NCBI RefSeq assembly: GCF_964204645.1
Contig: NC_134030.1
Location: 19,118,210 to 19,182,209, forward strand
Reading direction: 5' to 3'
Length of the DNA: 64,000 nt
Source of the DNA: Tubulanus polymorphus
Lineage: Eukaryota; Animalia; Nemertea
This document shows, piece after piece, positions 53,555 to 64,000 of the stretch (position 1 is the first letter of the stretch; the number at the start of each line of letters is the position of its first letter). Position numbers and translations under genes: made by a program. The notes below the pieces were generated by a model, which was given only the letters and a program-made list of their open reading frames with translations, did not search any database and was not told the origin of the DNA.

Positions 53555-53930
53555 GAATGTGCCGACGAAATGTCTAATAATGTTTGGTGTCGGTAGTTCA
53601 TTTCCAATTACAAATATCTCTGGTGAAATGTCCGAAATACAATGTGGACGATCAGTTTTTGAAAGTGCGCTGATGAAATATCTGGTCTTTGTGGTTTATA
53701 TTCAATTAGAAATGTCTCAGGTGAAGTCCTGAACACATGTGAAGTGTGGACGATCAGTTTTTGAAAGTGTACTGATAAAATGTCTAATGTCTAGTGTTTG
53801 TAGTTCATTTTCAATTAGAAATGTCTCAGGTGAAGTCCTGAACACATGTGAAGAGTGGACGATAAGTTTTTGAAAGTGTGCTGATAAAATGTCTCGGGTG
53901 AAGTGTTGAATACATGTGAAGTGTGGACTT
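53555..53930. repeat. 109-bp satellite cluster
   Basis: Same unit. Confidence 0.88.
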
Positions 53931-54710
53931 AAGTTAGGCGGGCGGATGAAAGTGTCAGAACAACTGTCGGGGTGGATCGGTATATATAATTCTTCACTGG
54001 GTGGTTGTGTAAGATCAGAACACTGCGCTATTTTGTCGGACTGCCACCGCGAAGTTTTACGAGTCAGTACCGAGTGTAGCTGACGTCATCTACGGTGACG
54101 AATGATGTAATTTCCGGTGTCTATTGACAACCTGCAGATAACCGGGACCTCCGTCGACATGTAAAACCGATGTATCATTATACGATTCCATTCGATCAAA
54201 GATCATTACCGTTTCGAGCGCGGTTTCACGGGGAAATTGAAAGAACTCATCCGACAAGCCAGATGCGACTGCAACACAATGCGACAAAAAAAACCAGCAT
54301 ACAGACTTCTAGAGATTTATAAACAGCGCCGTTTTATATACGCACAAAACAGCTGACAGACGATCTATTCGACGAAAACAGAACGATCGAAATGGACAAA
54401 AAACGAGTCGGTATACCTTATCAATTGTGTGCTATACTAGAGGTGACACAAGGCGTGTACCGAAATGAAAAACTGACTCGGCGCTAACGTTCGATAGAAA
54501 CCGCTGATAATCATTGTCAGGAATGTTTTGTATAGAGATCTGGATTATGATTTGTTTATGGAGATGGCTGTCATGTGGACTTTAAGTTGTATGAGGCGCA
54601 GTTATGCAATCGGCCTTCAACGTACAGTTGCCGAGGGTCATGGGTTCGAAGAATCCTAGTGGTACATGGCGGTCCGTTAGTCATTCACTGATGACTTATC
54701 ATTCCAGGAT

Positions 54711-54800
54711 AGTCAGTCAGTCAGTCAGTCAGTCAGTCAGTCAGTCAGTCAGTCAGTCAGTCAGTCAGTCAGTCAGTCAGTCAGTCAGTCAGTCAGTCAG
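54711..54800. repeat. (AGTC)n microsatellite
   Basis: Directly visible. Confidence 0.97.
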
Positions 54801-56201
54801 TTATATTTCCCAAAATGAACGATTATTTGAAGGCATAATTTACATTTCCATCATAAAATTGAATAACTGATGATGTCGTTAAACTGGGAATGCAAATTTT
54901 AGTTTATAAAACTCTCGTTTTATGTTTTATCAGGCACGGGTTTAGACCAAATGCAAATGGGTTTACATTACCTCATCAAATTGTTAAATTCAAAATAATC
55001 AATTCTGCCTTTGTCTAAACCATCCAAAAAATTGGTTCTTTCGGCCTTTTGTATTGATTTGGGAGAATTCAAGTAGGGATTTTCAGGAACAATGTACGGT
55101 AGAAAAGAAAGAAACAATTGTGTTTTCCCTTATATAATATTCGAAGGAATGTTAAAAACAGAAGCGATATTCAAGGATAAATGGCCAAGTGTCAATCGTT
55201 AAGTATCGAGTGAAACCGTTCACAACTCCAAAGAAAGATCAATAAAATGAAAAAAGTGAGAATATGGCAAAGGAAAAAAATCCACTTCCCGAATCACAAG
55301 ATCGAAAACAGGGATTTAGTTTTTTTTTGGTCGGAAATTAATGAAAAAGATCTTTAAACCCGACGAAGGATGGGGAAAAAATTAAAGGACCCGTTCACCG
55401 AATTGACATCAGCGGACGAGAAAGAGGAGAAAATCAACATGTTAAATCGCGTGTTCCGAAATAAAAACGAAAGTCTAGCCTTTTTTCGTTAAACATGAAA
55501 AGCGAGCTTCAAAAATACGATTAAAAACGGACAAATTTCGAAAATTCCCAAAAAATGTTCATCGAATTAATTCGAGGAGCCATAATCACAATACTCATGA
55601 GAAAAATATTCCGAATTCAATGTCTACACATTTCGATAATACGTTTTGCTCATCGCGAAGGATTACGCGCATTCACTGCCGAAATAAAGGGCGTCAAATT
55701 GCGCGCGCTGAAAATGTCAACAATTCATCGCCGTCGTCGGCGTCGAATATCCGTCGTTGCCGTGGCAACCGTTGTTATCACTGTTGTCCAGACGGACGCC
55801 TATACGGTTGCTCAAAGACACGTGAGTAATGTTTATTAATTATTGTATAATTTAGATGCGATTACGACCGACTGACTGACTGACTAACTGACTGGGTTAG
55901 GGGCGATCCGGGCAGTAACTGGAGTCGTCCTGAATGGGGCAGTGACGTCATCGTATCCAGGGGAATCCGATCTAACAATTCAGTTTGTGCGCAGACGTAT
56001 AGAGGAGCTTATTACGCTCATCTATACACGTATTATTCATACGTACGGATAAAGTGTCACGCGACCCTCTTCACCTGGCGCGCGTCCAGCAGAACCGCTC
56101 GCCGTACTCGAGCCCAATGCGTAGTATACGGTACGACGCGGGGAAAAATGGAAACAGGAAACCGCAACATGTTTCCAAGCGTTTCACGGGAAACGAGAAA
56201 C

Positions 56202-56259
<58 letters not shown>

Positions 56260-56492
56260 TAAAGGATCTTATATAGCGCTAAATCCAGCTAAGCTGCTCA
56301 AAGCGCTTTACAAATTATAAAATGCCTCCTTAATAAAAAGGAAGCATTTTAGCTGCTTCCTGAATTGATCTAATGAAGTGATAGCACGAAGGCTAAGAGG
56401 AAGCTGGTTCCACAATTTTGGGGCGCTGTTGGAAAATGCCCGACTACCTGTAGATTGACTATGAAACAAAGGGACAACTAGCAGAAACTCTT
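56202..56492 (-). mobile_element. 5'-truncated L2/CR1-group LINE: ORF2 C-terminus, 3' UTR and (TAT)n tail
   Basis: LLVVPLFHSQSTGSRAFSNSAPKLWNQLPLSLRAITSLDQFRKQLKCFLF matches the G.RAFS..AP.LWN.LP..LR...SL..FK..LK..LF terminus. It is followed by tgtaaagcgctttgag..agcgctatataa and (ATT)n. Confidence 0.88.
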
Positions 56493-57269
56493 CTGAACAT
56501 CGTTTCGGAAAGAGCATTTCTGAGATCAAACGTGTTCGCTTCCGTGTGTTTCCCAGCGACATGTGCGTTGCGCTGTACCGCCCAAAGTACGAGTACGTTA
56601 GTCGATCCCTGCTCTGGGCAAATATGAAAGTCAAATCGTCCTGCAAGCTCTCAAACTTTTGCCTAGATGTTAAGAACGATGATAAGAACGCCTCGAATAT
56701 AGAAACGTGATGGACTGAGAGAGAGCGAGAGAGAGAGAGAGAGAGAGAGAGAGGGCCAGGTTGAATTGGCATAGGGAACCTGGGGAACGAACACGGGAGG
56801 GGAACGAACTGGCTGTAGGGAGATATGGATAGGAAATGGGACAGGTAAATGGCGACTAAGAGGAGGATAGAGGGATCGAGAGAGTGGTGGAGTAGTCTGA
56901 GTCGCCAGTTGCAAGGAAAGAGGGAGAGGGTTCTCTTAACAAATGAGTATTGTATTAGTAATCCCAGCCGCTCGACACCCCCTCCCTCGTCGATCCCAAC
57001 CTTGCTACTCTGATTATCCCTACTTGACACAGAAATGATTAAAAACCTAACTGTTAGTCATTGCGTAGTGTGTGGAGAATTGCGAGTGTATGAAAAAAAG
57101 AAACAAGCTGTCTCTTTTCCCCATTCAAATCGAACTGAACGTAAAACCATCTGCTGCCATATACGACACACCTATTGTACATAGAGTTTAATGTACCGAT
57201 ATCACAGGCCCGTAGCGGAGAAAAATCACGCATTCCATCCGCAGTCGCTTCCCGCGAAATGGCGACTGC

Positions 57270-57380
57270 TTGCGTGTGCCGTCTTCTCCCGTCAAGGGAT
57301 TCGAACCCACTACGCTAAAGCTGTTCCCCGAACCCTTTGACCTCACGAGTCGTTGGAGTCGTTACTCGCCGATCAGAATC
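57270..57380 (-). mobile_element. tRNA-derived SINE remnant
   Basis: gggattcgaaccc reads as B box GGTTCGAATCC on the - strand. Confidence 0.4.
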
Positions 57381-59334
57381 CTGTCGTACCAATCGCAGCG
57401 CTTGTAACAAACGACATTAGGCTTCTGTTGGTTTTCCCCTTAAATGGACCAATCAGCGAACGTTTTACCGAACAAGGAGGTATTTCGCAAATCGATACAT
57501 GACGTAATGCGCAACAGCGCCAGTAATGAAATCACACTTCGTGATGCCAGGGGGCTGGTGGAAGCGAGTTCGGGAGTGACACCGGACCCCTGCCGAGCGA
57601 GGATGGCGTGTACATACTCCTATGACATCGGCAAGGTAACGATGTGATGTGTTTGATACTTAGAACATTTTTCGACAAGCCATACGCTTGTCAACGGTTC
57701 TCGAACTCGAACTCTGAAATAACCATGCGCTAGTTCCCGTTGTATTTTGGATATGTTGTATCTTTGGCCGAAGCGAGACAACTTACTGAATATCGACACC
57801 GTTCATGACTTCATGCGGTCACTTCAAGGTCATGTCGCTGAGAAATATAGTAGTTAGTCCATAGTTCTGCCGCTAGATGGTGCATTAGGTTTATCATTTG
57901 CACCGCATAACTAGACCCCCGTCTTAACATTGTTCCCCGAGTTTCATAAAGAACGACTCCATTAACGAGGCGGAGTAGGTGAAGAGACAGACAGATTGAC
58001 CGACAGACAGACAGATTGACTGTACGAGAGTCTCACGGAGGCAATAGAACCAAAAATGGCTGCCATTTCAATTGCATTGACGCGCAAGAAATCAATAGAA
58101 GTTCATAAAGCATATTTTTAATGACATTTTTCGAGCGAAAGTGCATGGAACCACAACACGTCCTCTTTGAGAGGCGCCACCACGTACAGCGAAGTATTTA
58201 AAGACCTTTCTGGAGAAGATAGCTACATCCATGAAACCATACAGCTACGTGTGGCATCACGAATCTGATATTGCCGGAAGACCCTTCCACAGATAGTTGC
58301 TACCTCAAAAACCTATTTCTATTATAGCCCTATTACATCATTTATCGTATATGGGTTGATCATTCTTTCCCCCTATGACGTCATCAAATTGTCTATATGA
58401 ATTGATGAATCCAGATGAATCCGTATGCCCTTGTAGAGAAGGTGGTAGTACATATTCCCGACATGTTACCTTTCGTTCATCAGGCTTTCTCAAGAAATTG
58501 TAAGTCGCCGCTCTAAAATCCCCTATTGACATGATCAGTTCAAACCGCTCAATTTGGAGTTAGAAGCCACTTAATCGATGAATAATTATTTTCGTATCAC
58601 TTTAACTTTTCGAAAATCGTATTTCCTACATTGCGCGCGCGAGCGCTAATCGAAGAATATCGTTCGGCTGTCGGTTTCAAGTCACACACACGACAACAAT
58701 AACGACTTTATAAAAATCGATTGAAAACTCAGATGTCTCGAGTCGCATCGCGGATTTGCGCTAACGTTTCCTTCAGAGTGCGCCTTACATGGGAAGATCG
58801 TCAACGCGAAGCATCTGCCCTCGATCGGGTCGAATGTTTAGTTTCGTGGCCTCTGGCGTTTTGTTTATAGCGACTACGAAGTCACTTCTGCTTTCATTTC
58901 GATGTCGCTGCACCGTACACTGCTGGATGCGGTATCGAATCCATGGGGCGCATCGATTTAGAAGAATGTAACGTTCAGGTTACCGACCTCACTGATGTCC
59001 CTAAAACGATCTTCGAATGTAATCGTTCCGCTGAACGTGCGCGGGAACCGCGTGCCGGCGTCATCGTTTTGCGGTAAGGATGTGACTTTTTATCGAGATT
59101 CAACTCCGAGTAATACAATTTCGTAAAGCCGAACTCCTAACGAATATCGAAGACATTACGTAAATGATTTCACCAAGAATATGAAAGGTGAAGTTGTTTG
59201 CGTGGTTGGTCGTATATGTGTGGGGTCGAATATACTTTTGGTTTTATCTAAAAAAACCAAATCAGATTGATATTGAGGGATGATACGGACTTCGAGGTTG
59301 AATACATTTGAAAGAAATCTTACTATGCACCGAT

Positions 59335-59745
59335 TCGACGTACTGCATTCTAGCGACACCTGGTGGATCCCCTGTACCTGACCATAGGTGGAATTATCCA
59401 TAGCCACATAGGCGCATGCTCTACTGCACACCAGTGACATCTGGCGGATACCAAGCCGCTTGCTGGAAGTGGAATCATCTTATGTCTAAGAATTTCATGT
59501 TATTTTGCACACTAGCGACACCTGGTGAATCCTCACTTGCCACAAATTGGAACCTCTATCGCCCAAGTGTCAGACGCCCTAATACACACTAGTGACACCT
59601 CAGATCGATCCAATAGTGTCACGGTAGTTATGTCCGACTGCCCACTTGCGACACCTGGTGGATCACCAGTAACCACAAGAATAGCCACCAATACCCATAG
59701 CAGTTATTGATCTACTGGCACTAGCGACACCTGGTGGATCCTTCC
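59335..59745 (-). repeat. ~76-bp repeat with CTCF-like motif
   Basis: ctagcgacacctggtgg at 59350 and 59721, variants near 59512 and 59648. Confidence 0.85.
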
Positions 59746-60474
59746 ATCCACCCTTCCTAAATCAAATCTCGATTACGTCAAGCAATGATTTATACGGTTT
59801 AGTTAATCAGGCATAACCGTCTGCAGGCCACGTGGTTTACCATAATCGGCGCATTACTCAAAACGTAAATCGTATTTCATAATTCGAATTTGCGAAAGCG
59901 AGTGAATTGCCGGGCGCTGATTGGTCAACACTCTCCTGACTGTTGCGTGTCGCTTGATGTAACAACAGATTTTCCATGACGTCACTGGCGTGATATAAAA
60001 TTGCGCATTGATTTGCGGTGACATACCTTAAAGATATAAAACATGCGAATGAATATCGGATATCTGGGATTATGCGTCGGTATGAGCGTGATGTAAATTC
60101 TTCGTTTATCGCCAGAAAATCAATCGCGGACAAACGAGCAATCATTCGAGGTAATCAGGTGTTTTATTCGGTTTATTTCGGTAAATAATACGCCTCGATT
60201 TCCCCCGTCCGCGAAGGTCGTTAGCCGTATTTCTCGGCCGTGTGACTCAAACGCTTCGCGCTCTCGAGCCGGCCATTTACCAACCAGACAATATACGCCC
60301 GACTGTCGCTGCTAATGGGCCGCGTTTCGGCAAGAAATGAGGGTAATTTCGCGTTGTTTCGCGTCGGTTGTTTGCGCTGATTATTGTTCACTTAAAACTC
60401 GCAGAAAGGAAACATCACGTCCACGTCGAGAACGCGACACCGGCAGAAACTAAGCGCTAACTACTCCGATATAC

Positions 60475-60859
60475 GGGTAAATGTTAGATCCTATAACCGA
60501 GTCGTACATAAAATGGCGGCTTTTTTCAATGGATCAGAAGGGTTAGTATCAAGAGGGTTTAGGGTTAGGGTAAGGTGAGGCGTTCGGGTAGGGTAAGGTG
60601 AGCTATTAGGGTTAGGGTTAGGTGAGGCTTTACAGCTTATTACTATGAGGTAGCTTAAGGTAAGACTATATGTAGTTAAAAAACCAGTGAACCGGCAAGC
60701 TAGCATCGCTAGCGCCGTGGGATAACGTTGCTTATGCTCACATTTTTAGTTACTTTTCAAGAGTTTTCTAAGTCCAGGCAGTCAATGCGCATGCGCGACG
60801 AATCGGTTATAGGATCTAACATCTACCCAGGGAAGTGTGATGACTTCCCTGATCTACCC
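60475..60859. mobile_element. MITE with internal TTAGGG-like repeats and 7-bp target duplication
   Basis: TIRs gggtaaatgttagatcctataaccga / tcggttataggatctaacatctaccc. gatatac at 60468-60474 and 60860-60866. Confidence 0.85.
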
Positions 60860-61097
60860 GATATACGTCGGTTCTTGGATTAGATTTCCAGTCAGTCCGA
60901 TCGTGCGGCGAGGTCTTAATGTTTCTGATTTCGCCAACCCGGAGGGGACTGCCGAGCTGAAAGTCGGCCAGTGTTGATGAAACGTTGACCGATACCTGAT
61001 AACCGGCGGATCAACACCGTAGTAACAACGACCTTCTGATTGTCACTATGTCAGCATTATCCACTGGTTAACTCTAAACAACTGCAGTCCTTGTGGC

Positions 61098-61450
61098 TCT
61101 GGTTGCATAGTCATGGCTTAGACTTAAGACTAGTCTAAGACCAACTTATTTCTATAGCCAATCTAACAATTTAAGACCGGTCTTATGACTTTTGTATGAA
61201 CTGTACACGATTAGTTTTCGTAAGTCAGCTGAAAAAAATGTCTGGTGTTTGTCGTCAATTTTCAATAAAAAATGTCTCAGGTGAAGTATTGAATACTTGC
61301 GAAGCGTGGGCGGTCACTTCTTGAAAGTGCGCTGATAAAATATATTGCTGTCTTGCTTGTAATTCGCTTTCAATTAAAAGTTTCTTAGGTAAAATTCGGA
61401 ACTCATGTGAAATGGGGACGATGTCGTAAGTCGGGTGTTTGCAGTTTATT
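61098..61450. repeat. Truncated MITE A followed by degenerate 109-bp satellite copies
   Basis: ggttgcatagtcatggcttagacttaagac.., then aatgtctcaggtgaagt... Confidence 0.75.
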
Positions 61451-62509
61451 TACGTGACGTTTTTTTTTTACCTCAGAAACCGCTACGCGCTTAACGCTCA
61501 ATTCGACATCACTCAAACGGCATCAGGCGCGCGCGCATAACATCTAGTAAACTAGTCTCAATTATTTCTATCAAGTTATTTCTATATGTTTCTAGTCAAT
61601 TGGCGCGCGTACACGCTACTGACTCGCGTGAGTCAACAAATAACTATTACATCATGAGAGGCTTTTAATAAGACGCCATCGAAGAATGGACCCTGGACGA
61701 AAGGACTCGCGTCCGGACACGTTTAAGCACTTAACGTTAAAAAAGCGCCCGCTTTCAATCTAGTGATTAATAGTTGATGTAATTAGCTTTCAACATCCGC
61801 ACTGCAACAATAGCGGCCGCAAATCAACTCTCAAAATCATAAACGAATTACGGCTAAAACACTAATCGATACGCCGAATTATCGAATTTTCGCGACGCTC
61901 TCGACTAAAAGCGTCGATATAATTTATACGAATCGAAAACGACCGATTCGTGAATAACATTCTCATTCCGTATACAGTTATACAGCTAGTCATGCAGGTA
62001 CGTCCTCGAGCCATAATCTGGAACGACAACCCTGGCCTCATAAAGACGTTTAACATCATTGTTTAAAATTCACATATTTTCTTCACTAGTTAGCCCATTT
62101 TAATATATGTGAACTTTTTGATACATTGATGATCTGATGTAAAACTGACCACTGCCTTTATTTGCCATCATACAGCTAGTGATGCGAGTATCTACGAACA
62201 CTGACTGAAACGACAACCCTCGTCAAGGCATTGAAACACGGTTGTTTGAAAATAACAATCTTCAGTCGATTCATTGTTCGTATAATTGCCTAAAACTGTT
62301 CTTTTTTTCGCTCATAGATCGTAAAAGTTGTAGTTTTGTCCCACGATAACATTTTGAAAACTTGTTAAATAAGCTAAGTAAAATCGAGTTACACTCCGGA
62401 CTTTTTCTAAAGAACCGATTGATTCACGTTCATTTCGATTAACAGGAATCAATCGTGGAACCATCTCAGAAATTGGATGTCCTCAACAAATGGATGTCCG
62501 TTCGAACGA

Positions 62510-62790
62510 AGTCTTAGAATATGAAGCATTAAAAGGAAATAAGTACAAATTCAGAACATATTTACCAGATAGATTTCATAGATTATCAAGTGAAGATATT
62601 GAAGAATTATGTTCTGGAGATTTCAATTTCATATACAAAGGTAAGAATGAAAAAGGGCACCATGATATAGATTTCGAAAAATATAAAATCAATTTTAATA
62701 AAAAATCTGATATTAAAATGGAAGCAAATAAGAAGTACTACTGTCCAATATGTAAAATCAATATAGATAAATCTCAAAAAGCAAGGCTTT
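62510..62790 (+). pseudogene. AT-rich coding-like fragment, possibly Polinton/virus-derived, with truncated CxxC zinc finger
   Basis: Open frame FRTYLPDRFHRLSSEDIEELCSGDFNFIYKGK, then aaaATG EANKKYYCPICKINIDKSQKAR. Abrupt shift to A-rich, CpG-poor composition. Confidence 0.4.
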
Positions 62791-64000
62791 CCGCGATAGT
62801 TTCATAGCCATGGAGCATTATTCAGAAGGTTTAAGTCTTGACCAGCACCAGTTGGCGGGTCGACTGAAATGAATCATTAGCTGACACGACTTTCAGTATT
62901 CTTGAATGATCAATACTTCTTCAGATTATGAATCGTGATTTCGAGACATTATTCGATAATATATCGACCAGGAAATATCTCTCAGAAATCACTCTCGTCT
63001 CTATTATGAAGAGCTGGGAATCAAACGGCTGGAATGCGAAATACACAACAAGTGCTGACGTAGTCAACAGGCGCACACGTGCCCAACCAGCGTCGCCAGC
63101 AACGTGTGCGCCGGCGTGTGCCTCGATCGTGTACGGCATCGAATATAAACAAGAGCGGTTTGAATAAATAGCTCTCAATCGAGAGAGAGGGAGAGCACCG
63201 TCTGGTGTGACTATTAATATTTCATAATCTCGACACTTAACAAACCTTTACCCGGCGTTGTAGTCAAACAAGACGGCGTCGCCTCGATTGGCGAGACCTT
63301 TCTCGGGTAACGAATAAACACTTTTAATATAACGTCATCGCTTTCTCGTCGCGCGAGATGAGTATATTGAATTAAAGTAATTATTGAGGCGGGACTGAAA
63401 GAACATGAAACGCTATAACAGCGAGCCAACAGTCTATCGTCCGATTCACGGTGGCCTTCTTCTTGGCCTCGTGATTACAAATTCGAATGGAATTCTATTT
63501 GTTTTTTAATCTTGGGTGAACCCGATTAGTGCAGTATTTACCCCCGATTCAATACGAACACAACGATTCACTGTTACTATAAAAACACCGCCGAATATAA
63601 TAACATAATGGCGCGATTATATATATATATTTCACTCCTGGTTTAGATTCCCGATGAAAGAGGTCTTTATTCGTCTTAAGTAAATCACGTTATAAATATA
63701 CACCTATTTACTATGCGCAACCCTGAACGAAATCTCTGTATTTATAGAGCTATCGCGGTCGCTGTGTCGTAAATTACTTCTTCTACAAAGTACGTTATGT
63801 TTTTTTTTTTTGAAAAGAAACTCTAAAATTCTCCCAGGGATCAAGGTTAAGAGAATGTTGATATTTCGATTTTGACTCGTATAGCCGGGCGTATCGATAT
63901 CTGATTCGTAAACGTTTGCTGTTAGAATTCATCGTGAACGTGTATTTTACTGTATTGTGCAATTCCGTGCAGTCTCTCACGACACCGTGTGCCTTAACCA

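Noticed and set aside
56493-57030. N-terminal part of the 240-aa ORF 56308-57030
   Set aside because: Low-complexity CT-rich read-through. Only the last ~60 codons are LINE-derived.
60540-60625. Telomere or chromosome fusion site
   Set aside because: The few degenerate TTAGGG units are internal to a TIR-bounded element.

Overview
This is animal (invertebrate-type, CpG-rich) genomic DNA and almost entirely non-coding. Only one host coding exon is well supported: a 330-nt phase 1-1 exon on the minus strand (25196-25525) encoding the N-terminal Ig1 domain of a Dscam-family receptor. No next Dscam exon was recognised in the 25 kb downstream, and no signal-peptide exon upstream, so most of the window is probably intronic or flanking DNA. 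It is dense in repeats: MITEs (PIF/Harbinger-like with CWG or TWA target duplications, piggyBac-like with TTAA, others), satellites built from MITE parts, a dispersed 109-bp satellite, LINE and SINE remnants and microsatellites. The most notable signal is at least four sequence families of minimal Penelope-type hammerhead ribozyme motifs (CUGANGA-stem II-GAAA-palindrome). They occur in short non-coding foldback elements, a perfect palindrome and a tandem array. Also notable are a ~76-bp repeat carrying a CTCF-like motif in oriented arrays and an AT-rich fragment that may be Polinton- or virus-derived. All calls are by eye, with no database searches, and the taxon cannot be determined.
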